Positions 53,471 to 64,000 of a stretch of DNA of 64,000 nt are shown here, one piece after another (the first letter of the stretch is position 1; the number at the start of each line of letters is the position of its first letter). Made by a program: the position numbers and the translations under genes. Origin of the DNA: Vermamoeba vermiformis (lineage: Eukaryota); the NCBI GenBank assembly GCA_045837725.1, contig JBEWZL010000306.1:186001-250000 (forward strand), read 5' to 3'. The notes below the pieces were generated by a model that saw only the letters and a list, made by a program, of their open reading frames with translations, ran no database searches and was not told the origin of the DNA.

Positions 53471-55933
53471 TTATGGAATGTACTCAATATATTCGTCAAT
53501 TGGGCCTTTCCGAATAAGGTATTCTTTCTCAATCAATAAAGAAATAGCTGCCTTAATGTCTCCAACCTAAAAAATCATCGGTCAGCTTAACGCACCACAT
53601 TTTGAACAATCTCTCGTACCTTTATCGACGTGTTTAATATTCCCCTAACTTCACTAATCAACTCTTTTTCTGACATTATTTTGTGACGTTTTATGACGCG
53701 AATAACCGTAGTTTGTAACCTGAACTTTAAATCTTCTTGTTTTCTTGTTGGTTGAGTCTTTTTCTAAATATCACCGTGTAAATCAAATGGAGACATCGCG
53801 CTTATTCGGAGTACGTACCCGTTTAAATTTGCTGAAATTGAACTTGGTTAGTGGCGAAGAGAATTCTTTTCCGTAATGAAAGATGCCTCCATCTGCGTAG
53901 TCTTTATCATTCTGTTAACAATAGGAATTATTATACTATTATATTAATGTGATCGAGATGAACTTACTGTAACGAGTACTCCGCTGCGCACAATCGGGAA
54001 TAAAATCTCGTTCAACCGACTCTCGCCTAGCCCCGTTTGGTGAACCATTTCATTAAAAGACAAACTACTGTAATCATTGAACAATAGTAATACTGCTGCC
54101 TGCTCTACAGTAACGAGGAGCCTTTTGGATCCGCTCTCGAAATTTCCGATAACTTCGCAAGTACTGTAAGGAGTGTAGTACTTGTACGAGACATGTCTAA
54201 GCCCATTATGGCATTTATCAACAAATTGATCGTAGATTTGCATAACTTGAATAAACTGCAAAAATAAATATTAGTCCAGTACCGACATGTCGTTTGACTT
54301 TGCAGGTTACCTCTTTAGGATACTTCAACTCCGGTGTTATTGACTTGCACCAACTATAGTTGATACGTTTAACTTCGAGTTCCATTCCCAAACAGATCTG
54401 ATTGGCTGCAAGATACTCTTTCCATCGTATGTCTGATTTTTGCTTCGCTTCTATATCCTCTATAATCCGATCTCTTTCTCGCTTCTCGAAATCTGTCACA
54501 ACATTAGCCCAATTTTTAGCATTCGTTAGGTAATTGCAATGCTTTTACCGGGAATTTTGGACAGCATTTGTCGCTCCGCATCTATAGCAAGTGTTGTGTA
54601 TGTAACGGCACGATCTAATAGGCATGACATATACAACTGCATAAAATACTTCATGTCCAAATAAGGAAGTAGCTCAGCCACGCGTTGAGTCCACAATTCA
54701 AGTTCTTCCTTTGACTGTCGGTTCTTGGCTGCCAGCGATAATTTTCTATTCACATAAGACGCACACATTTTGGTTATTGGTCGAGGTCGCGGATCGATTC
54801 CACGGCCACATGCAGGAGGTGGATAGACTGGGCGACGGTAATTTGACATCGCTGCAAAGAGTTCTTTTGCCATGTTTTCGTGTCCTTCAAAACACTCAGT
54901 CACAATGTAATCGCATTCATTCTTCAATTGAAATAGGTCATCCACGTCTAATCCTTTGCTAAAAAATCTTCTCACTAGATCCTAGAAAAAAAATTCAGTA
55001 TCGGATCTTGATCCGACAAATTCAAGTTTACCCCAATATAGTTCTTCCACGCGTCGTGTATCGCGTACAACTTCAGCCCCGTTATTTTGCATAAATGATA
55101 GAGTTCCTTCAATCTATCGTACTTCTTCTCTTTAACCAAGGCTGTGAATACTTTGCGCTCTTTTAAACTGGGATTTACAAGCGATTCTACGACATTTGCG
55201 AATATTTCATCGCATAAAATCGAATCGAAATTAATCTTTTCGAATAAATTCTTCTCTTTTTCGAGTGCTGCGTTCAAAAACGATGAAACTTCAGCCTGCG
55301 TCGGAAGTTAATTTTTTTGAATTTGAAATCTTTTTGGTAACGATCACTTACTCCTGAATTAATAGGTATCTTCTTTGTCTCGTCAGTGTAATATAATGTC
55401 GTAGATTTTAGTATCACGAATTGGAGGTTGGACGCCAAGTACATGTCCAAGGCAAAAATGTCAACGATTCCCTTAACGATGCCTAAATCTATTTTTTCGC
55501 CAGATCTGTGTCGGTTAAGAACTATAGCAACCCTTCCTGCAATTGCAAGGACTAAATCAAGCGAACGAATGGCGCTAGCAAACGTCTGGATCTCCATCCG
55601 GTTTGAAGACTCGTCCTGATATGATTAAATCGCTTAATTAACGTACGTGTCATATTTTGATGCGTATTCAACTATGAAAGCAAATTTAAAGAGCAAATAA
55701 ATTATTAAAGTTTTAAATTATTCTTACCTTATGACAGCATTCTTGAAATAAGGTAATAAAGCTTCGTAAATAGTCGAATGCATCGCAAGAGCTTGTAATA
55801 ATGCAATTAAAGAAAATTATTCGAGTAGAAGTCTTTTTCTTAAGCGAATAGGATACAAATCGGGTAGCAGCTTCGCCAAAGCCTGTACTTGGTCTGCCTC
55901 GATATTCTCCGTTTTTTCTTGTGTAGTGTTCAT
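53471..55933 (-). CDS. Divergent, N-terminally shortened cullin (tandem copy A)
   Basis: HRSGEKIDLGIV..DMKYFMQLYMSCLLDR..DAERQMLSKI..LLVTVEQAAVLLLFN..LQTTVIRVIKRHK..IKAAISLLIEKEYLIR..IEYIP. Confidence 0.88.
55792..55856 (-). other. U12-like intron in cullin A (GT-AG ending 55792 or GT-AC ending 55795)
   Basis: 5' GTATCCTAT, same branch-like AATAATTTTCTTTAATT, same codon position and phase 2 as the AT-AC intron of copy B. Confidence 0.75.
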
Positions 55934-56083
55934 GGTGGCTGCATTAATTAAACATTAAACAAAACAGAAAATCGTGTCCAAAAATTGGGACCTCAAAATT
56001 ATTTCGTTCTAATTTGCAAGTTTTACATACAATTAACTACATAATACTACAATAATACCAGTGCACGATAATATGTACCATTC

Positions 56084-57034
56084 TCACTTTGATTTGGTCT
56101 TCTTAGCGTTCTTCGATCCGTTCGTTTGACCATTCGCTACGTTAGCGTTATTTTCGTCGTTATGAGAACCGTTATTCTCGACCTCCATTTTATCTCCTGA
56201 ATTTTCCTCTTTTTCTTCGACAGCTGGCTGCGAGAGAACTTGTTGGATCAGATCGTCAACAGAATCATCGTACGAATCCGTTCCAGCAATCTTTCTGCGC
56301 TTTAATTCAAGGCAAATTCGCTTAACTAAACCAGAGTCGTCTTTGATTAACAAGCCGCCCTTCCAAGCATTAGTTTTCAAGCCGATCTCTTTGTTTCGAT
56401 CGTGTTCTTTTTCAATTTGTTCTTTGTTTCCTTTCCACTTCATTTCAATGTACTCGACTAAGCTCTGTCTGCCCATCATCTTTGAAGTTTTGGAACGCAT
56501 TTCGTTTGGTAACTAAATAATGTATTGTTAGAATAATTCTTCGCGCGGAGCTTTTGATCTCTCAAGCTGTTGGAGATTAAGGTGCCAACAAATAGATTAA
56601 TATGATATATATGTGCATACCCATCCAGGTAAGAAGGCTTTGCAAATATTATCCCAATCACCAATGCCGTATTTCTCAATACCTGAAAAAACAAATTTAA
56701 AATTGAGCGTGCGAACGATTACGCTCAATAATATTATTACCTTGAACGAGTAGATCTCTTTCGACGTCAGTCCATTTTTTGAATTTAATTGGACGTGGTC
56801 TAAAATACCTGAAGCAACAAAGTCATTAGATCTTCGCTGTATGATTATTGTTTGGGTTGAATCCTACTCTATATTTAGTCCACCATCGCTGCTAAGCATA
56901 TCCTTTGGTGAAAACTTCTTTCGCATGTGAATGGCCCATTCTTGCTTCTTTCGTTCTTCTGGATCAGTAGCCGTTACTTGGCCCGATGTTTTTAAATGCT
57001 CCAAATTGTAACTTTCGAGTATTATCTCCGACAT
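56084..57034 (-). CDS. AMTP2: Myb/homeodomain-like protein homologous to the p2 subunit of the MTA1c/AMT1 DNA N6-adenine methyltransferase complex
   Basis: WAIHMRKKFSPKDMLSSDGGLNIEYF..KWTDVERDLLVQGIEKYGIGDW..EMRSKTSKMMGRQSLVEY parallels recalled ciliate p2 (MRK..DG.LN..YF..W...GIE.FGVG.W). Confidence 0.75.
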
Positions 57035-57186
57035 GATAGTACTGTGCAGCTTAAAATTTTGAAATTAGAATGAGCGAAAAACGGCGGGAAATGATCGAGC
57101 GAATTTTGACGGTCAAAAATTGGGTGCACCCGGAGCAAACACCGAGAACCATAATTCCGTTCAATAGTCAAATATAATAACACAAA

Positions 57187-57495
57187 ATGTTCTTTTCAAG
57201 GTTCCTTCTCGCTAGATCTGGCTATTTTGTCAGGTGAGTTTAGATCAGATGCGGTTTGCTTCAACAAATTTCTAAACTCTTAAAAAATAATGTAAATAAT
57301 TTTATTATAATATGCACGTAATTTTATGGCCCCAGTTTTATTTATACGGCTCTATGTGGCTAACAAACGAATATTAGAAATACAAAAAATCAAAGAATGA
57401 CCCAAAAGCTTGCTAAGGAGAAGAAGAGAGCTACAAAAAAGGCGTCTAATCAAGCACCAAAATCCAAATACTACGTATTGCCCAAATTCTCATAA
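57187..57495 (+). CDS. Small basic protein with a mitochondrial-presequence-like start (~54 aa, 2 exons)
   Basis: MFFSRFLLARSGYFVR|NTKNQRMTQKLAKEKKRATKK..YYVLPKFS via a gtgag..tag intron. Confidence 0.45.
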
Positions 57496-57707
57496 ACAAC
57501 AAATTTTGAAAAAGTCGACAGATGGGATTACCTTCGTTTATGTCCAGCGAATCAATTATAACATGTATAGACCAACAAATGTGTATTTCGAATAAATATT
57601 ATTAAAACTAGAATCAAAAGCGAGGCCAGCTTTCAGTCGATCTCGGTGTAGCTATTTTCAACCAAGTTATTTATTGTAAACAACAAAGCTAATCTTATTT
57701 ATTTAAA

Positions 57708-60700
57708 ATGCCTATTAGAGGTCTTGAAGGTAATAATGATCAATGAAATAGCATTACAATGCGACTAGAGGCTATATTACGCACTATAAATTTTTTTAAA
57801 AAAATATCCTCGCAAGATCTTCGTTCTATAATTTTTAAATATTGATTCCTTGGCGTATATTAGATGCACAATATGTGTATTATTATCACCATGCTATATA
57901 AATCGATAATAAAATTAATATTCGCTTTTTTAGTTTTTCTTCGAGAGCGAAATCTGTATAACACCGAGAAGCTATCGGCTTTAGAGCACAGCCGCATTGG
58001 AATCGAAGGAATTTATTGGGTAAAGAACTTGCCTTTATCTGAACCCTTTCAGGTTGCTACAGGCGGTCTCCCATTAACCTTAACAAACTTGATCTCATCT
58101 GAGCTCGATAAATTTAAGTAAGTACCAAGCACAGCGTCGTTATTAAATATCATAATTTTTCATCTTAAATTTTAATATTTGTCACTTGCACGTGCCACTC
58201 GAAAGACGCTGTCAGCTAATTTAAATTTTTTTTCGATAGAAAATTCGGTATTAAGCCAGTGTTCGTATGGAACGGCTTGAACTTGCCTAGAAAGGAAAAA
58301 CCACCAATTGCTACTGACCGAGCGACTAAGCGTAACAAGGCTTGGGAATCGTATTATAATGGCGATGTCGTACAAGCCTCCGCTTTATTCCAATCAGGTA
58401 CGTTGCAGATCCGCACCAAAACCACGCAAAAAATTGCTAACATCCATTTGCTTTGTAGAAAAATCTATTGCCACCAACTTCATTAACAGCATCATCAAGT
58501 ATTTTTACGACAAGAAAGTTGAAAGCTTCAGAGCACCGTACTATGCCTGGTCTCAGGTAATTTTTATAACATTCTTACACTTTAAATCAGCTTAATTAAT
58601 AACGCTAAAATTGCAGCTTTATTATTTCTTGGTCTCGTCAAAGCCCTATCCTACACCCTACGTGCACGCAGTATTCGGTGGCTTGGAGATGTTATTATTT
58701 GGCACTCCTACTGTCATCACCGACATTGACTTTGAGGTACGGCACAACGCACCACGTGGCACGTCAGGAACAGAATCTAATCGGAACTTTTTTGTATTAT
58801 AGAAAGGAACGTTCTCGTGGGTAGATTTGAATCAAGTCTTGGATAACTTGAAAATGACGCAAGAACAGTTCTTAGAGGCGTGCATTTTGGCTGGATTTGA
58901 GTTGTGCCCAACATTCCCGCCCATTCAAGAGCCCAACTTCAAATTTAAAGGTAACACTAGCACGCTAAATTAATGACACTTCCCTCGTGTCTAACGCTTT
59001 ACATAGCCGCATATGATTTAGTGAAGGCCAGCAAGAGCGGTTATGCTGCCATTCAAACGTCACAAAACAATGCCAAGGTCGAGAAGAGCAATTACTTGGA
59101 CCAATTCAACCGCACTAAAGCGATCATTCAACACCATCCAATCATTGACAACCGATGTCACGTGATCCCGTTGAACAAAGACACAGCTCCTCGCGATCTC
59201 TCGGAGATTGTTGGCGCTAAATTCCCCGATGAAGTCTATTTCATGATGAGCCAAGGCATCATCTCACCGCAGGTCATTAACAACTTGGTGAGCGGATACC
59301 TCGTTGAAGCACCTCCTCTCGTCGACTCCAATCAATACAGGTAACGTGCAAATTCCCATGGCTAATAGGACCTTTTTTATTAACGAATTCTGTCAATAGA
59401 CAAATTTTGCCGGATCTGATGGACATTCGTACTAAGACCCTCGCCTTGCTATCGTCGTGCTTGCACCCGTCATTCAAACAAAAGAAAATGGTCACGATTC
59501 GTTGGTTCGATTCGTCGGCTGAAGTCGATATGGATCACGCTGGTCAAGCCTCGAAAGATGTTTTGAAGGCTCTTAAATGTAAAATAACAGAAGCCGAAAT
59601 CAAGTAAGTTAATACTCCTTTTTCTATGGTGTACCCATCTAATGTGGTTTCAGAGCCGAATTCGAGCGCCAAAAGAAAGCGCCGACCAGCGGAGTTGACA
59701 TCGGCTTCGTAATGAAGATGCAAGCTGCAAAGCCTCAAACAGGTGGTGTCATCTTGAAAACCCTCGAGAGCTTGCCTGCTGATGACGATAAGGTATGCTC
59801 GGATGTTAGTCAAAGGGGGTATAATACTAATCTTGATACACAGGATATTGTTACTACCGCCAACGAACTCTCTGGCGCTATTTTGTTGCAATCCCTCGAG
59901 CTTCGCGAGTACCTCGAGTCAGGAACACGAAGACCTACTCCATGGGGCCGAGCGCTCACTTTAGTCGACGACAGATTCGTCAGCGAAGCTCTTTGTGTGT
60001 TGGAGCTGATCCGCGTGGGAATGGTGAATGGTCAACGATTGGCCGTCACACTTCAAGCTGACTTGCCTGGTATGTTTTTTAATTTAGCACTCTTTATCAC
60101 CATCGCGTTGACAGCAAATTTTTTGCCGCTAATCTTTGCGACAAAGAAGGGACAATCAACGCAATATTCCTATTAACAACTCAGTTCTCTATGAAATTCT
60201 AGCTATATATTCTAATTGCTTAGTACAATGTATCTAATATGTCGATATTCAATAGCCTACCCTAACGAGCGAGAGATTGCCTTGCTAACACGTGTGTTCA
60301 CATTGTTGCCCATGCAACTGATTGAGAAGTCGTGGGAAGGTCCTATTGACCACGATTTGATGGGCTTCAACAGCATCGTCAAAGCCCTCTACAAGACCCT
60401 CCGTAACCTCATGGAGATGTTGCTTTTGAATTTGTTCTTGAATAATCGCGCGACCTTGAACCCCGAAGATCTGCTCGAGGTCTCTAACAGGTAAAATTTC
60501 TGCGATAACTCTATGAGATAAAAGAACCTATAATTAGGCGTATAAAACAATATGCCACCATCAGTAGCTAACAAACATTTATTTGCAGACTTCCGTTCTT
60601 TGAGGAAACTAACACCGCTCTCGGATTGACTCTGAAGTCCTTCTTCTTGGAGTCTGGCGTCAACATGACCGAGCGATTCCCGAACTGCTCTCACCTCAAA

Positions 60701-60917
60701 GAAGACCTGCGCAAAGGCTTCGAGTTCTGGGATCAAGTAAGCTCACTTTAAAGTGCTCACGATCCTCGACATCCACTAATTCCTCTTGCTTCAGGTTATG
60801 AAGATGGTGGAGTACTTGCGAAAGGAGAAAGTCATCTCAGAAGACCTTTTGCAGGAATTCCAAAGTGCCACTCAGTTCTTGAACTCACGCCGAGCAGATG
60901 TCGATCAGATCAACTAA
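57708..60917 (+). CDS. MKT1: Mkt1 (XPG/PIN-like post-transcriptional regulator)
   Basis: MPIRGLEVFL..RIGIEG..EPFQVATGGLP..IKPVFVWNGL..RAPYYAWSQL..FLEACILAG..PRDLSEIVG.KFPDEVYF..WEGPIDHDLMGFNS..RNLME..LPFF..GFEFWD. Confidence 0.9.
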
Positions 60918-61141
60918 ATCCGATCCTGATCCACTTTGTTATCGTTCTTGGATATCAAATAAACGATCTTAAGGTGGAAAAGATCTCAAAATATCAATTT
61001 ACTGTACTGCAATTCACGTTGTTTTGGTTCTTGTAATTCCAATTTTGGATGCGCTCCTTATTCGCGTATCTTTGCTAATAGGGAGGCAACAAAAGTGGCT
61101 TAGTCGGCGAGGATTCTTGGAATTTTAATTTGTAGAGAACC

Positions 61142-64000
61142 ATGATGAACAACAGCAACCAGTCGATACCGCCAGAGCTAGCGCAAAGCGTGCTAAGCGA
61201 CGGTGGATGGAGTTTGACCGGTTCCGGCAAAGGAGATTTGATAAACTTTGACGACAATTTGCTCGATGTAAATATCAATGCGTCACTTGGGGACACTCAG
61301 ATTAAACAAGAAATGGGATGGGGAACCCAGGACATTGACAAAGAGAAAGAGGAACTAAAACAGACCGTATATCAATTAAATTTAGTAAAGTAAGTAACCT
61401 CTGAGATCACAGTATTATTAATAATATTTATATGGGCTCTAGCATTTATTATTATGCGATCTTATGTCACGAAAATAATTAATAATTATTTTAAAATTAT
61501 AGCCAGCAGTATCTTACTGAGCTATTGAAATACCAACAAGCCTTGCAACAACAGAAGGCTCAGATGCAAGCTCAACAATTAAATGGAGGTCAAGCACAGG
61601 CAGTAGCGTATGAGTCTTATTATATTGAAACGACATTGGCTCGCTTACTAATACATAATTTATAGCCGCAACGACGATTACTTACAGATTCTTAATGAGG
61701 ATGAATATCCATTCCCTAAATACACTGTAAGTTATTGTCTTTTACCCGATGCGTGCACATCCGCCTGAAACTCACCCATTATCTTAGGTGCTCGAAGGAA
61801 CCGTTAGACCTTATCCAGTACTCATCATTAAGTACCCTGGCAATAAGCAAAACTTAGTAGTTAAAGCAGAACCGGCTCCTGGTTTTAAGTACGTACGAGC
61901 TAAATCCAGTAGTAGTGAATGACTAACGCTTTCATCCAGCTTCACTGTTGAAAACCATATTGCATTCTTCAAGCCTAAAGAACAAAACTTCGTTGAGCAT
62001 CGCCAAGTAAGTTCCTGACTGCTTTACAAATGCTTCCAATCTGGTCTAATCATCCCATCCATTAGGTCGGGGATGTGATCGTATTCGATGACCTGCACAT
62101 TCTCGGTGTTGGCAATGCTGAGGGCGAGTCGGTGCAACTTGACTTCTTCTTATATAACATTGTTGGAACTACCCCTACTTTGCTTGCTACACGCAGATCC
62201 CCTCCAATCACGGTGTACAATCACTCGCAGTATTTACCTGGTATGTTCTTCCTACACTATACAAACATTAGCTAATAGTAGCTGTACAGCACCTAACATC
62301 AGCAAGTTGTTACCTAACTGGGCTATTGCTGGTACTCGCCCCAAAGTGGATGCCTTCGGTCCTTTGTTCCTTCGTAAAAATAATATCTTGGAGTGCCAAG
62401 TCGTCGACGAACAAAACAAGGAGATCGCCTTGCTGAAAGGCACTTCTATTGTGCGCAAGAGAAACTGCTTCCACTCATTCTCGTTCGTGGCACCAGAACA
62501 TCCAGCTGGCCGCGTATGGATCCGTGCACGTTACAAGGATCGTGACTTTGGCGAAGCTAAACCTTTTGAATACTGGCGTAAGTACCACTTTTTACTTTTG
62601 AACGCCGTTGTGCTTCTGCAGTCTCAAATCCGTACGAAAACGAAATTTGATCTAAATTGTCATCTCGCGCGAAAAACCCCCAATCAAGACGTCGCTTCTT
62701 CGCAGATTAGCACGAACAGCGAGAAGCTTCAAAAAATTTAGAGACATTTCAAGCAATTTCATCACGTGCCATTCTGATTTTTTCGGTCCCGAACGTGTAT
62801 TTTTACGAAGAGTTCAAAAACGTGTTACCGTCAATTGTCTTGGGGTACTGCTGATGTGCACTAGCTAACCGATATTTATTTATCGAATTTTTTCTGTACG
62901 CGAAGTGCAGATTAGATTCGGTAGTTTGTTTCCTGTGTGCATCTTGACATTAACGATAATCAATTAACGAAATTCGGAAATTCGCTAATTTTTATCGCAA
63001 AAATATAGTGCCGCCGACTCAAGGACAAAATTTAAACCAGCAAACCATTCAAACGAATTCTCAAAGACCGAACTCATCTAACATAATGGATCCGTCAAAC
63101 TTAGCTCAGCAATCGACAAATACGATGGGATTCCCTAGTAACTTTTATTCGAATGTCGGTCAATTCAGCTATCAAGGCAACATTCACTCTTTGAAGGTAA
63201 TTTTGATTTTAGCGGCCCTTCGCAAATTTTCGCGAGGAGAGCGGACAGAAGATTTTTCCTTCTATTCATAATTGAAATATAATTTAATTATCGTCGAATA
63301 ACAATAAGCTAAAAAATCGAATTAGTATTGACTTTTGGGTTTTAGGCTGCTTTGGATCAATTTTCAGATCAAGCAAAAGATGCGATCAACCAACGTGACA
63401 ATAATGGATGTACCTCCTTGTTTTGGGCATGCCAAGCTGGTCACTCGCCCGTCGTACAGCTTTTGCTCGAACGCGGCGCTGATCCAAACGTTAGCAACAG
63501 AAGAGGAGAAACTCCGTTACACGCAGCTTGTGCCAATGGCTCAACGGCTTCAATCAAGGCTCTGCTAGACAAGGGTGCCCGCTCACTAACTACTGATAAC
63601 CGCGGCATGACAGTATTGCACCACGCTGCTCTCAATGTAAGTTTGATCTCGCATCAGGGATTGGTCCCGCGACTCACACAATTGTCGTTTAACCTGATGG
63701 ATCAATTTCTTAACTTTTTGATAAAGGGCCACTTGGATGCTGTCAAGTGCTTGTTTGACAACGTCGAGGCTGAAGATCTTTTGTGCGTCAAAGATCGTGA
63801 AGGTATGCTGCCTCTTCACGCTGCCATTGTCTCAACAAACTTGCCCGTCACTCGCTTCATCCTCGAGCGTATGGTCGAGCTCGATGAGCCTTTGGACCGA
63901 AAGGACAAATCCGGCATGACTCCTCTGCATCTTGCCGTCAGCATGAACGACGAGAACATCACTCCCTTGTTGGTCTTCTACTTGAACCAAACTCAGAACA
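61142..64000 (+). CDS. Putative transcription factor: Q-rich region, beta-sandwich DBD-like region, IPT/TIG domain, ankyrin repeats; 3' truncated
   Basis: VRPYPVL..IVFDDLHI..QLDFFL..SPPITVYNHSQYL; PNISKLLPNWAIAG..FGPLF..FVAPEHPAGRVWI..KPFEY; ankyrins ETPLHAAC, MTVLHHAA, MTPLHLAV. Confidence 0.8.

Overview
Gene-dense, intron-rich, AT-rich eukaryotic nuclear DNA in the standard code, most likely a free-living amoebozoan (inferred from intron style and gene families; not provable here). I rebuilt about 32 spliced protein genes by hand from splice signals and frame continuity; boundaries are manual and family calls come from recalled motifs, not searches. Recognisable genes include HGH1, SEC22, RAB2, SEM1/DSS1, a Clu-domain protein, ZC3H3-like, synapsin-like, ricin-B lectin, GLE1, PTP4A/PRL, RNFT1-like, RAP1, RRP8, two tandem cullins and MKT1, plus a tRNA-Leu(TAG) inside a GLE1 intron. 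No prokaryotic systems, CRISPR array or intact transposon seen. Most notable: (1) homologous U12-type introns in the tandem cullins, AT-AC in one and GT-AC/AG in the other; (2) an Atg14/UVRAG-like protein fused to a GRF zinc finger; (3) a surface protein resembling the animal FRAS1/FREM2 C-terminal domain; (4) a homolog of the p2 subunit of the MTA1c/AMT1 6mA DNA methyltransferase; (5) a ~146-nt rod-like candidate ncRNA; (6) an NF-kB p105-like architecture; (7) a PHD-C5HCH plus Cro/C1-type HTH protein.
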